Shown: positions 1 to 9,150 of the stretch, one piece after another
Position numbering within the stretch: the stretch's first letter is position 1
How the letters are laid out: each line of letters begins with the position of its first letter
Source of the DNA: Candidatus Rokuibacteriota bacterium
GTDB taxonomy: Bacteria > Methylomirabilota > Methylomirabilia > Rokubacteriales > DASRDR01
NCBI GenBank assembly: GCA_044866005.1
Contig: JBIOTN010000238.1
Coordinates: forward strand, 1 to 31,620
Direction: 5' to 3'
DNA: 31,620 nucleotides
Made by a program: the position numbers and the translations under genes
The notes under the pieces: model-generated
What the model was told of the DNA's origin: nothing
Database searches by the model: none
The model's input: the letters and a program-made list of their open reading frames with translations, nothing else

Positions 1-227
1 CCCGAGTAGAGCAGGTTTTCCAGACCGACCGCCAAGTAGACGTTGGCCACCTGATCGGGGTGGGATCGACGCGGCCACCAGATCAGAGTTGACACATCAC
101 CAAGTACAAGGGCAACCAGGAAGGCCGCGACGCTCTGGACGAGAGACGCGATTGGCAAGTGCTCGGCGGTCCACCCGATGGCCGATCCGGTGGCAACGCC
201 AATAACGCTCGCGCAGACCCAAACCAT
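1..227 (-). CDS. Possible membrane protein, runs off the left edge
   Basis: Manual translation from ATG 227: MVWVCASVIGVATGSAIGWTAEHLPIASLVQSVAAFLVALVLGDVSTLIWW..., open to the edge and hydrophobic; no family recognised. Confidence 0.4.
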   Translation of the reverse strand, partial: MVWVCASVIGVATGSAIGWTAEHLPIASLVQSVAAFLVALVLGDVSTLIWWPRRSHPDQVANVYLAVGLENLLYS

Positions 228-240
228 TATCCGCTCGCGC

Positions 241-510
241 TCACGATTTGTACGGCACGTCGGAGCGGGGCGCATCACGCAGCTGCTCATCGAGAGATTG
301 ACGGTACTGCACGCAGCCCCGGAGGAACTCGGGCCACGTCGGGACCGTTGGCAGTGGATCGGTCTTCTCCGGCAATAGACCCCAGAGCGCCGGGTGATGC
401 CAGCAGAGCGCGTGCCCGGTGCTGTCCCGGTGCGCCCGGATCCCCGCGCGCAACCGCCGCGCCTCGGCCACAAGCTGCTCGCGCGTCATCGCTTCGAGGT
501 CCTCGTCCAC
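241..510 (-). CDS. Hypothetical protein (89 aa)
   Basis: Within ORF 241..588; GGAGG precedes GTG at 510; protein-like sequence MDEDLEAMTREQLVAEARRLRAGIRAHRDSTGHALCWHHPALW... Confidence 0.7.
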   Translation of the reverse strand: MDEDLEAMTREQLVAEARRLRAGIRAHRDSTGHALCWHHPALWGLLPEKTDPLPTVPTWPEFLRGCVQYRQSLDEQLRDAPRSDVPYKS

Positions 511-600
511 GATACCTCCTTGCGCCCAGCGGCCGGGTCGAGCAACGCGAGCCCAGTCCGTAACAAGCCACTTTCCCACTTGCGCCACCCTGCGTCTCGG

Positions 601-1593
601 TCATTCGATGAGTCGCTCCGCGCGGAGCAACAGCGACGGCGGGACGGTGAGGCCCAACGCCTTCGCCGTCCTGAGATTGATCACCAGGTCGAACTTGGTC
701 GGCTGCTCGACGGGAAGGTCGGCTGGCTTGGCGCCCCTGAGAATCTTGTCCACGTAAGTGGCTGCGCGACGGAAGATGTCGAGACGGTTCGCCGCATAGG
801 CCATGAGGCCGCCAGCGTCCACGTGTTCTGGAATGCCGTAAATCGACGGCAATCCGCCCTTCACGGCGAGATCGGCGATCCGTCGTCCCTGCCCGAGCAG
901 GATCGGGTCCGCAAGCACGACGAGCGCCTCCGCGCGCTCCTTCTTGATGGCGGCGAAGACCGCATCGAGGTCATCGGGAGTCTTGACGTCGAAGGAAAGC
1001 AATGTCACGCCCAGGGCCACAGCTGCCGCTCGCGTCTCCTTCAACTGGAGGGCGTTGGCGGGGTTCAGTGGATTCCCCAGAGCGGCCACGCGGTTGAGCT
1101 TCGGGACGATCTCGTCGAGCAGCTCCATGTATTTGCCGTATATGTCCGGACCGGCCGAGAGGGAGAGCCCGGTCATGTTCCCGCCCGGCCGTGCGAGGCT
1201 CGTGACAACCCCCAGCTCCACGGGCGTGTGTGCCGCGAAGACAATGGGGACCTCCTTGGTTGCGTTCTTGGCGGTCTGAATGCCGGGCGTCGTGAACGCG
1301 AAAACCACGTCGACCTTCAGACGGAGTAGCTCGGCCATGAGCTCCGGGAGCCTCTTGCTGTCTCCGCCCGCGACCCGGTACTCGATGCTGATGTTCTGGC
1401 CCTCGATGTACCCGAGATCACGCAAGCCCTGCTTGAGCGCATTGCGGCGAGGAAGGTCTACGGAAACCGCGTCGTTGGTCAGATATCCGAGCCGGGCGAT
1501 CTTCGTCGGCTGTTGCGCCGCCGCTGGCAGCGCCTCGATGGCGAACAGCGAGCTGGAAACGGCTAGCGCGAGGCACAGGATGCTGACACGCAT
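601..1593 (-). CDS. ABC transporter substrate-binding protein, ABC_sub_bind family (orphan)
   Basis: Signal peptide; SLARPGGNMTG and YVDKILRGAKPADLPVEQPTKFDLVINLRTAKALG motifs; GGGAGG before ATG 1593. Confidence 0.9.
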   Translation of the reverse strand: MRVSILCLALAVSSSLFAIEALPAAAQQPTKIARLGYLTNDAVSVDLPRRNALKQGLRDLGYIEGQNISIEYRVAGGDSKRLPELMAELLRLKVDVVFAFTTPGIQTAKNATKEVPIVFAAHTPVELGVVTSLARPGGNMTGLSLSAGPDIYGKYMELLDEIVPKLNRVAALGNPLNPANALQLKETRAAAVALGVTLLSFDVKTPDDLDAVFAAIKKERAEALVVLADPILLGQGRRIADLAVKGGLPSIYGIPEHVDAGGLMAYAANRLDIFRRAATYVDKILRGAKPADLPVEQPTKFDLVINLRTAKALGLTVPPSLLLRAERLIE

Positions 1594-2196
1594 GACCCGC
1601 CTCCCGGTTTGCCATGTGTCGGCACGCACGGCGCACGGGGACATCGGCGCCACGCTCTGATCCCTTCCACCCGGGCGGCGGACGGCCGCGGTCAGCCGCC
1701 CAAGGCGGTCACGGCGAGCCGACGGTCGGCTGCACGGCGGTTGCCCATGGCGGCGCGGCCGTGCTGCAGCTCGGGGCGCGACTCGGGCCCGAGCGAGGGA
1801 ACCATCGCGATCGCGGAGGCGAAGCCAGGGGATTCACGACAATGATCCGTCCGTCCCACCGTCTCGAGCCGTCGATCCTGGTCCGCCAGGTGGGCGGCTC
1901 GTCCTCGGCCTCGCGGCACGGGTGTGCCGTGGAGCACGACCACGGGTGCGGCCCGCCCTTGGCGTGGTCGGATGATACCACGTAGGGTGAAAGGCCCGCG
2001 CGCGAGCCGATCCGCCACCCGCCTCACCGTGCCCACCCGGCGCCCGGGGCCGTCCGGGACGCCGTGGCCGGGGCGGCTCGGGCCGCTGGAGGATGAGCAC
2101 GCATCCGAAGGTCACGCCAGCGGTGAGCCGCGGCCGGTCCAAAGCCGTCGGCTCGATGGGGCACATGCTCAGAGGACGTAGCCACGGCTCGCATGG

Positions 2197-2289
2197 GTCG
2201 CACCCCAGGGTGCGACCGCAGCGAGCGAAGCGAGCCGCGGACGGCTGGAACCGGTACCTCGACCGCCCAACGCCTGGCTTCGGTTAGAG
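2197..2289 (-). repeat. Two adjacent decayed attC-like sites (2265-2289 collapsed; 2197-2263 degenerate)
   Basis: Minus strand just after the stop at 2292: CTCTAAC-CGAAGCCAGGC-GTTGGGC, then a 67-bp imperfect palindrome GTCGAGG...CCGCGGC-TCGCTTCGCTC-GCTGCGG...GTGCGAC. Confidence 0.4.
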
Positions 2290-2291
2290 CA

Positions 2292-3092
2292 TCATTTGAG
2301 TGGAGCGACCATCACGCCGCGTAACCCGGCTCTCTCGATCGCGGCTTTGACCAGACCCTCGGACTTCGTGTCCTCGATGAACCGGCGCCCATACGCCGTC
2401 CCCGGTTCCCGTCCCTTCGGCATCGCCATAGCGTGCGGGTCGATGCCGGGCCGACCGTCGAGGACTCGGGAGCCCGGCAATTGATTCGACATCTCGAACA
2501 GGATCGGCTTGATGCTGCCCATCACGTCCGCCTTCCCGGATCTCACCGCCTCCAGTGCGCCGGGGTTGCTCGGTGCCCGGACCACCACGATGTTCTTGAG
2601 CGTACGAGAAAAGAAGGCATCCGGGCCGGACTTCTCCTGCACGGCGAGTCGGATCCCGGGGCGATCCACTTCCGCCATCGTCGAGATGGAGGAGCCGCCG
2701 GGGACGAGGTAGCCGAACTCGACTTCCAGGTGCAGCCCGGTGAAGTCCCACTCCTTCGCCCGTGCCGGACTGAACCCGACGAAGGCCACGTCCCAGGCCC
2801 CCGTCTTGCCGCTGTCGAGAAGCGCGCCGACCGACGGGTACAGGACGGGCTCGAACGGAACCCCGAGACGCCGGGCCAGCTCCTGGCCGAGGTCGAATCC
2901 CACTCCGCTCATCTCGCCCGACGCGGCGTCCCGCCGGACGTTCAGGGGATTGGCCTGCTGGAGTGCGACGCGAAGCTTGCCGGTTGGAGCCAGAGCCTGC
3001 CGCGCTTCCGGCGTCGGGACGGTCCTGACGCCCGCGCAGCCGATCATCAGCAGTCCGAGTATTGCCGTTCTCAGCCAATCAGCGGTCCGCAT
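2292..3092 (-). CDS. Amino-acid-type transporter substrate-binding lipoprotein (SBP family 3), orphan
   Basis: Lipobox-like LLMIGC; LAPTGKLRVA, GFDLGQELARRLGV and WDVAF motifs; GGAGG RBS. Confidence 0.85.
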   Translation of the reverse strand: MRTADWLRTAILGLLMIGCAGVRTVPTPEARQALAPTGKLRVALQQANPLNVRRDAASGEMSGVGFDLGQELARRLGVPFEPVLYPSVGALLDSGKTGAWDVAFVGFSPARAKEWDFTGLHLEVEFGYLVPGGSSISTMAEVDRPGIRLAVQEKSGPDAFFSRTLKNIVVVRAPSNPGALEAVRSGKADVMGSIKPILFEMSNQLPGSRVLDGRPGIDPHAMAMPKGREPGTAYGRRFIEDTKSEGLVKAAIERAGLRGVMVAPLK

Positions 3093-3292
3093 TGCGTCCT
3101 CCCGTGGAGCACCGCCTGCTGACTCGAATCAGACGTGCTGTGTGACCGCCCAGACCCGGCGGGCTCCCACAGGCTATCACGCCGTCCGGGCGCTCGGCTC
3201 CAGGCTGCTATCGCCCGGATCGCGCGTGGACGTCCGTGGCCTGCGGCATCCGGGCGTCCAGCGCTGGCCGCGATGGTCGAGCCGCAGGCTGG

Positions 3293-3964
3293 TCAGAGGA
3301 CGTGGCCCCGGCTCGCGTTCCGCGCATATGTCACGAGTTCGGGGCGGACCTCGGCGTGTGACGCCAGGAACCCCTGGATGATCTCCCGCACCCGCGGGGG
3401 GTAGTACGTCGCCCAGTGGCCGAGCCCGTGGAGCGCGCTCTCCTGGCAGGCGATCGAGTCCAGGCGCAGCACGTCGGCCATCACGGCGAGGCACGCCTCG
3501 TCGATCGGGCGGCGATCGGGCACGTCCGGCCGCCCGTAGAGCGGCAGGACGTCCCACCACATGTAGCAGATCCCGTTCAGGGGCCGGGACCCGGGCTCGT
3601 CCAGGTGCGAGAGGTGTGCCGAGCACCGCGCGGCGAACAGGGTCTGGAAGAGGCCGACGAAGGCGCGGAGGCAGCGCCGCCGGACCTCCAGCGGGACGGC
3701 CTCGTCCGCCAGAGCGAACATGTGGTCGCTCGCGCTGCTGCTGACGAGGTACCAGAAGCCCTGGCTCAGCTGCTCGTCCGAGTACGGCGCCAGGACGGCC
3801 GTCGGCGCCTCGAAGAGGCGCGTGACGTGGGCGAGGGTCAGCGCGGCCGGCCCCTGCCAGTAGTCCGCGTCAGGCTGGAAGTACCACTGCGGCGTCGTGA
3901 CCTCGTGGTCGAAGACGTGGGCCACCCAGTCCTCGAACGGGAGATCGGTCAGCGCGCGCTCCAT
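3293..3964 (-). CDS. Hypothetical protein (223 aa)
   Basis: ORF 3293..3991 with strong GC3 bias; likely start ATG 3964; motifs ICYMWWD and CQESALHGLGHW. Confidence 0.8.
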   Translation of the reverse strand: MERALTDLPFEDWVAHVFDHEVTTPQWYFQPDADYWQGPAALTLAHVTRLFEAPTAVLAPYSDEQLSQGFWYLVSSSASDHMFALADEAVPLEVRRRCLRAFVGLFQTLFAARCSAHLSHLDEPGSRPLNGICYMWWDVLPLYGRPDVPDRRPIDEACLAVMADVLRLDSIACQESALHGLGHWATYYPPRVREIIQGFLASHAEVRPELVTYARNASRGHVL

Positions 3965-4024
3965 CAGCCCTTCACTGCCACAAGTCGACACCGTGGTCGC
4001 CCGTGGCTGGGCGGGCCCGGGTAT

Positions 4025-5044
4025 TCACGGCAGCCACTCGGTGACACGGTCAGCGATCTCCTCAGGGAGCGTCAGACCGATCTCCTTCAGCGCCGAGCGG
4101 TTCACGCTGAAGATGAGCTCGGTCGGTAGCGCGATCGGTAGATCGGCGGGACTGGCCCCGCGGAGGATCTTGTCCACGTACCCGGCGGCGCGGTAGTAAC
4201 CGTCGAGGTGGCCCACACCGAGCGACATCAGGCCGCCGGCCAGGACGTACTCCCGGTCGGTGTAGATGGTCGGCACCTTGTGCCGGGCCGCCAGCTTCGC
4301 GAGCGCGACGCGTTGGGAGTTGATGAAGCTGTCGACGCCGTTGAAGAAACCCTTGGCGCCCCACGACATCGCCCTGGCGACCGCGGGCTCCAGGTCGGCC
4401 GGTGTGCGAATGGCCACCGACTCGACTTCGACGCCGAGGTCCTTTGCGGCGGCGGCCAGCAGTGCGACCTGCGCCGGATTGTTCTTGTTGTTGCCGTTGA
4501 CGAAGATGGACACTCGGTCGAGCGCCGGAACGATGGCCTTGAGAATGCGCAGCCGCTCGCGGATCAGGTGCGGCGCATAGATCGTCGTCCCGGTCACGTT
4601 CCTGCCCGGGCGTTCGAGGCTGTCCACCACGCCGAGCCCGACCGGGTCGTTGACGGCCCCCAGGACGACCGGAACCGTGCGGGTCGCCCTGCCGGCCGCG
4701 ACGGCGGCCGGGGCGTTGCCCGCGAAGATGATGGTGACCTTGCGGGAGACCAGTTCGGCCATGACCGCGTCGTACTCGTGATCGAGTCTGGCGTGGCGAT
4801 ACTCGATTCTGAGCGTCTGGCCTTCGATGTAGCCGAGATCGGTCAGCCCCTTCTTGAGCGCGGCCAGGCGCTTGGGATCGGCGTTTTCGTTGGCGACATA
4901 TCCCAGCACCGGAACCGTCTGGGCCGCTGTATGTGCAACGGGCATCGCGACGAGAAGCGCCGAGCCGAGAACGGCAGCCCGCATCAGCGCATTCGTCCCC
5001 AGGGTTCCGCGGCCCCTTCCATGTGTCGGTCTGGTCATCTGCAT
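4025..5044 (-). CDS. ABC transporter substrate-binding protein, ABC_sub_bind family (orphan)
   Basis: SLERPGRNVTG and YVDKILRGASPADLP motifs; AGGAG before ATG 5044 (5038 or 4984 also possible). Confidence 0.88.
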   Translation of the reverse strand: MQMTRPTHGRGRGTLGTNALMRAAVLGSALLVAMPVAHTAAQTVPVLGYVANENADPKRLAALKKGLTDLGYIEGQTLRIEYRHARLDHEYDAVMAELVSRKVTIIFAGNAPAAVAAGRATRTVPVVLGAVNDPVGLGVVDSLERPGRNVTGTTIYAPHLIRERLRILKAIVPALDRVSIFVNGNNKNNPAQVALLAAAAKDLGVEVESVAIRTPADLEPAVARAMSWGAKGFFNGVDSFINSQRVALAKLAARHKVPTIYTDREYVLAGGLMSLGVGHLDGYYRAAGYVDKILRGASPADLPIALPTELIFSVNRSALKEIGLTLPEEIADRVTEWLP

Positions 5045-5066
5045 GTCTCCTGGCGATCGGTGTCCA

Positions 5067-5123
5067 AAATCACGGTCGGCAGAGCCGCGGCCGCAGGCCG
5101 GCGGCTGGATGCCGTAGCTGGAT
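5067..5123 (-). repeat. Degenerate short attC-like site (57 bp)
   Basis: ATCCAGC-TA-CGGCATCCAGCCGCCGGCC-TGC-GGCCGCGGCTCTGCCGACC-GTGATTT: hairpin with unpaired bases on one arm, minimal attC length, both core boxes mutated. Confidence 0.45.
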
Positions 5124-5219
5124 GCGAGCCGTCGACATTTCGTCACAAGCATCGCAATGCCACTGTGACCTGCGCCATTCGTCCCGCTCGAATCGGAGCG
5201 GCCGCTTGGCTGCTGGCCA

Positions 5220-6275
5220 TCACTCGATAACGTCGTTCGCACGCAGGAGAAGCGATGCCGGTATCGTGAGGCCGAGGGCGCGCGCGGTCTTCAGGTTGAT
5301 GACCAACTCGAACTTCGTCGGTTGCTCGATCGGCAGGTCAGCGGGCTTGGCCCCCTTGAGGATCCTATCCACATAGGTGGCGGCGAGCCGCCACATGTCG
5401 ACCAATCGTGGCCCGTACGCTATGAGACCTCCGGCTTCCACGAACGACCTTATCTCGAACATCGTTGGCAGGCGGCTCTTCATGGCCAGTTCCGCGATGA
5501 CGCTTCGGTGACGGACGTGTAACGGGTTCTCGAACACAATGAGTGCATTTGCGCGCGCCCGATCGATCGCGGCGAAGGCGGCGTCCAGCTCGCCAGGAGC
5601 TCGCACGGCGAACAGTTGCAGCTGCACCCCCAGCGCTCGTGCCGCGAGTTCCAGCTGTCGGACTGCGGGAGGCTCGTGGAGGTTGTCCGGGTTCCAGAGA
5701 ATAGCCACGCGGGAGAGACCCGGCACGGTCTCCTTCAACAGCTCGAGCCGTTTCCCGCTCAGCTCCGGGGTCATGTAAGAAAACCCGGTCAGATTGCCGC
5801 CCGGCCGCGCGAGGCTGGCGGCCAGTCCCGTCCCCACCGGATCCGCACTGACCGACACGATGGGAATGGTGGCCGTCGCTTGCTTGACTGCCCGAGCGAA
5901 AGGGAAACTCCCAACTACGATGACATCGACGTTGAGGCGGACCAGCTCCGTCGCCAGCTCGGGGGCCTTCTCCAGCCTCCCGCCGCCATGTCTGACCTCG
6001 AACGCGATGTTCTGACCTTCGAGGTAGCCGAGTTCGCGTAAGCGCTCCCGGAAGGCTTGGGGGACGACCGGTGTCGACGGCCGCGTGTCTCCTGGTCGGA
6101 GCACGCCAATCCGCGGCATCTTCCCCGGCGGCTGCGCGGCGGCGAAGGGCGCCGCAAGGATGACAAGGGCCAGGGTGAGGCTGCGGCCGGCGGTGCGGAG
6201 CGACAGGGTGGTCGTCCCACTCCAACGTCCGGCATGCCTTCGGTGACCGTAGCCGAGGCTGATTTCGGCGCTCAT
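5220..6275 (-). CDS. ABC transporter substrate-binding protein, ABC_sub_bind family (orphan)
   Basis: C-terminal part of ORF 5220..6707; AAAGGGGG before ATG 6275; SLARPGGNLTG...PADLPIEQPTKFELVINLKTA motifs. Confidence 0.88.
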   Translation of the reverse strand: MSAEISLGYGHRRHAGRWSGTTTLSLRTAGRSLTLALVILAAPFAAAQPPGKMPRIGVLRPGDTRPSTPVVPQAFRERLRELGYLEGQNIAFEVRHGGGRLEKAPELATELVRLNVDVIVVGSFPFARAVKQATATIPIVSVSADPVGTGLAASLARPGGNLTGFSYMTPELSGKRLELLKETVPGLSRVAILWNPDNLHEPPAVRQLELAARALGVQLQLFAVRAPGELDAAFAAIDRARANALIVFENPLHVRHRSVIAELAMKSRLPTMFEIRSFVEAGGLIAYGPRLVDMWRLAATYVDRILKGAKPADLPIEQPTKFELVINLKTARALGLTIPASLLLRANDVIE

Positions 6276-6300
6276 ACTGGCCCCCTTTGTCTCGAAGGCA

Positions 6301-6334
6301 GCCCAACGGAATGCGACTGACCCGCGGCGGCCGC
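6301..6334 (-). repeat. 3' arm of an attC-like site
   Basis: GCGGCCGCCGCGGGTCAGTCGCATTCC-GTTGGGC (GTTRRRY core) 25 nt before the next ATG; no matching 5' arm found. Confidence 0.45.
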
Positions 6335-6707
6335 TTACAGTCAAGCGCTCACAATCTGCGCGGACGCGTTTCAACATGCGGTTACACGAGGACGCGTAAA
6401 AGCCACGGACGCCCAGCCACGGCTTGCCTTTCGTGTCGATAGGATAGCGAAGGACTTCATGAAACTTCTTCTCCTTCGCTTCAGCATCCCGAACGAGCAA
6501 CGGATATGGAGGGAGCGCCTCGACTTTGAAGGGTGGGTCAAACTCAATGTCTGAAGCGAGGCCCTTGAGCTCCTTGGTAAGTGCCGCCAGAGAGTGGCCA
6601 TCAACCTTTGTGCGAGGCGCAACCTTGAGTATGAAGCCCTTCAAGAACAGCTCGACCGCATGGAAGGTCAGCGACACGGCCTGCTTTGAGTTCAGAGGGT
6701 CAGCCAT
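6335..6707 (-). pseudogene. HEPN-like domain protein lacking its own stop, in frame with the downstream binding-protein gene
   Basis: HAVELFLKG...GHSLAAL...LRYP pattern typical of HEPN domains; visibly lower GC; preceded by GTTAGAC (6711-6717) 3 nt before the ATG. Confidence 0.55.
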
Positions 6708-6760
6708 TCCGTCTAACGTTCAGGCTTGACGCGCGCCTGCTTCGCAACTGGTGTGTAAAT

Positions 6761-6885
6761 GAGCTGAAGCGGTGGCCTTCCTTTCAGCCGTGGCGACTCA
6801 GTTGCACCGCTTGGCCGCCCCCACGCACGGTAGGCCGGGCTCCAGGAAGCCCGGCGGAAGTGTGAGCAGCTGCCAGAGTCGCCAC
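6761..6885. other. Structured intergenic element (long nested hairpin)
   Basis: GTGGCGACTC 6790-6799 / GAGTCGCCAC 6876-6885; GCCGGGCT 6834-6841 / AGCCCGGC 6848-6855; alternative pairing AAGCGGTG 6767-6774 / CACCGCTT 6805-6812. Confidence 0.45.
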
Positions 6886-6918
6886 CAGGGCCGCGTCACC
6901 CGCGATGGTGCGCGAGAG

Positions 6919-9150
6919 TTAGGCGGGCAGTGGCTGATCCGGGTGCTTCAGGAGCGGAAGCCGGACGATGAACCGGGCGCCCTTACCCTCACCCGGGCTC
7001 TCGGCGTCAACCGTTCCCCCGTGAAGCTCCACGAGGTGCCGCACGATGGCGAGCCCGAGGCCCAGACCCCCGTGCGTCCGAGTCGCGCTCGTGTCGGCCT
7101 GGCGGAATCGGTCGAAGACGTACGGCAGAAACTCCGGCCGGATCCCCAGGCCGGTGTCGCTCACCGTGATCTGGACCTGGGATGCACCGCCCTGTACCCG
7201 CACCTCGACGAAGCCGCCCGTCGGCGTGAACTTGATCGCGTTGGCGACCAGGTTGGCGACTACCTGGTGCAGCCGGGCCGGATCTCCCAACACGAGGCCC
7301 GACCACGGGTCCAGCACGGATTCGAGCGCGAGTCCCTTCTCCACCGCAGCCGGCCGCATGGTTTCGAGCACCCCTTCCACCAACGGCAGTACATCGACAG
7401 GCCGGCGGTCAATCTGGAGTCGACCGGCGACGATCCGGGAGCTGTCCAGCAGATCGTCGACCAGCTTGGCCAGCAGTCGCGTGTTGCGCTCGATCGTCTC
7501 GACCGCGCGACCGGTGAGTGCCACGTCCCGCGCCTTGGTGCGGAGGATGTTCAGCCAGCCCGCGATGGCGTTCAGCGGGGAGCGGAGCTCGTGCGAGAGC
7601 AGGGCCAGGAACTCGTCCTTCGCACGGTCGGCCGCCTGCAGGTCCGCTTCCCGCTGTCGCAGCCGCTCGGCCTCTTTGCGCTCGGTGATGTCGCGGATAA
7701 TCCTCGAAGACCCGATGATTCTGCCTTCGGTATCCCGAATGGGCGAAATCGCCAAGGAGACATCGACTGGCCGGCCGTCCCTGGTCGAGCGAACCGTTTC
7801 GTAGCGCTCAACTCGCTCGCCCTGCTTGACTCGCTCCAGTATGTGAACTTCTTCCCCCTGCTTGTCCGGCGGGATCCAGACGGCGATGGGCCTGCCCACG
7901 ACTTCCGACGCGCGATACCCAGAAATCCGCTCGGCCGCTTCGTTCCAACTCGTGATGAGACCCTCGAGGTCAACGGAGACAATCGCGTCCTCGGACGACT
8001 CCACGATCGCCGCGAGATAGGAGCGGACCTGCTCTGCCTGCTTACGCGCGGTGATGTCCTCGACGATCGCCATGGTGAACCTGGCACTGGCCTCGGTGCC
8101 GGAGACGAGAGAGACATTGACGGTCACCCAGATGACGTCGCCGTCCTTGCGCCGGTACCGCTTCTCGATGGCGGAGGATTGTCGTTGTCCGTCGAGAAGC
8201 TCGGTGAAGAGCTTCCAGTTGCCTTCACGATCATCTTCGTGCGTGACGTCGAGAAACGTCAGGGCGCGGAGTTCGTCCTCCGAGTAGCCGAGCATCGTCT
8301 GGTAGGCGGAATTCGCGGCCAGGAAGCAGCCACTGGGCTCGCCGAGGGCGATGCCCATGGGCGAATTCTCAAATACCGCCCGCCAGCGCGCCTCGCTCTG
8401 GCGCAGCTGCTCCTCGGCTCGGCGGCGCTCGATGATCTCCGTCCTCAACTCTTCGTTGGCGGCGGTCAGTTGACGGGTCCGTTCACCCACGCGTTGCTCG
8501 AGCTCCCGATTCAGCTCGTCCTTGGCGCGGTTCGCCGCCTCCGCGGCGGCCCGGGCCTTTTCCGCCTGCTGGAGTGCCTGATCCGTGAGCCGGTTGCTCT
8601 CGCGGAGGGCGGCCATGAGCGAGGCATTGTGGAGGGCGACATTCCCCTGGGTGACGGTGCTCTGCAGCAGGAAGCGCTCGAAGGAGGTTGGGAAGTCCAT
8701 ACGCCTCGACGCGACGACGACCGCACCGCTGTGCGCTTCCAGGCTCAGCGCGATCCGGGCGGCGTGGAGGAGTTCGCCGGTGATGGGGTGGGAGAAGGTG
8801 AAGGCCTTGCTCGACTCGCCCTCCGTCAGCCATGGGGCGAGCAGGTCCGCGACCTCCTGGGGACGGGCCGACAGGTCGGGCCGGCCTTCCACGCGCGCGG
8901 CCTCCAGGGGACTGGCCCCGGCCGGGCCAGTCGCCCGGATGTAGGCCAGATCCAGCCGGAGCATGCTCGACAGTACGTCCAGGAGTGCCTCCGCCGTGTG
9001 AGCCGCGTCCCGGCCGCTCCACACGACCGGCAGCGCCAGGAGGGCGACGAGGTCCCGGAGGTGGCTCCGAAGGCTGGCAGCCTCCCCTGCTGCCCCTGCG
9101 TGATCCGCTGGCTCGAGCGAGAAGTCCCGAGGCTCAGGAGCGAGTCCCAC
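6919..9150 (-). CDS. Cytoplasmic PAS-PAS sensor histidine kinase
   Basis: Two PAS/PAC repeats; H-box LSHELRSPLNAI; N-box NLVANAIKFT; G-boxes DTGLGI and GGLGLGL; no receiver domain. Confidence 0.93.
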   Translation of the reverse strand: MGLAPEPRDFSLEPADHAGAAGEAASLRSHLRDLVALLALPVVWSGRDAAHTAEALLDVLSSMLRLDLAYIRATGPAGASPLEAARVEGRPDLSARPQEVADLLAPWLTEGESSKAFTFSHPITGELLHAARIALSLEAHSGAVVVASRRMDFPTSFERFLLQSTVTQGNVALHNASLMAALRESNRLTDQALQQAEKARAAAEAANRAKDELNRELEQRVGERTRQLTAANEELRTEIIERRRAEEQLRQSEARWRAVFENSPMGIALGEPSGCFLAANSAYQTMLGYSEDELRALTFLDVTHEDDREGNWKLFTELLDGQRQSSAIEKRYRRKDGDVIWVTVNVSLVSGTEASARFTMAIVEDITARKQAEQVRSYLAAIVESSEDAIVSVDLEGLITSWNEAAERISGYRASEVVGRPIAVWIPPDKQGEEVHILERVKQGERVERYETVRSTRDGRPVDVSLAISPIRDTEGRIIGSSRIIRDITERKEAERLRQREADLQAADRAKDEFLALLSHELRSPLNAIAGWLNILRTKARDVALTGRAVETIERNTRLLAKLVDDLLDSSRIVAGRLQIDRRPVDVLPLVEGVLETMRPAAVEKGLALESVLDPWSGLVLGDPARLHQVVANLVANAIKFTPTGGFVEVRVQGGASQVQITVSDTGLGIRPEFLPYVFDRFRQADTSATRTHGGLGLGLAIVRHLVELHGGTVDAESPGEGKGARFIVRLPLLKHPDQPLPA

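Noticed and set aside
1660..2196. Several short ORFs, a PVVVLHGTP hydrolase-like motif and a weak attC-like stretch near 1697-1745
   Set aside because: No frame gives a convincing protein and the similarity is too weak to call
2196..2217. Perfect 10-bp inverted repeat as a terminator
   Set aside because: No U-tract; it overlaps the attC-like remnant
3100..3290. Possible further decayed attC arm (GCCTGGAGCCGAGCGCCC on the minus strand)
   Set aside because: No core boxes and no matching partner arm
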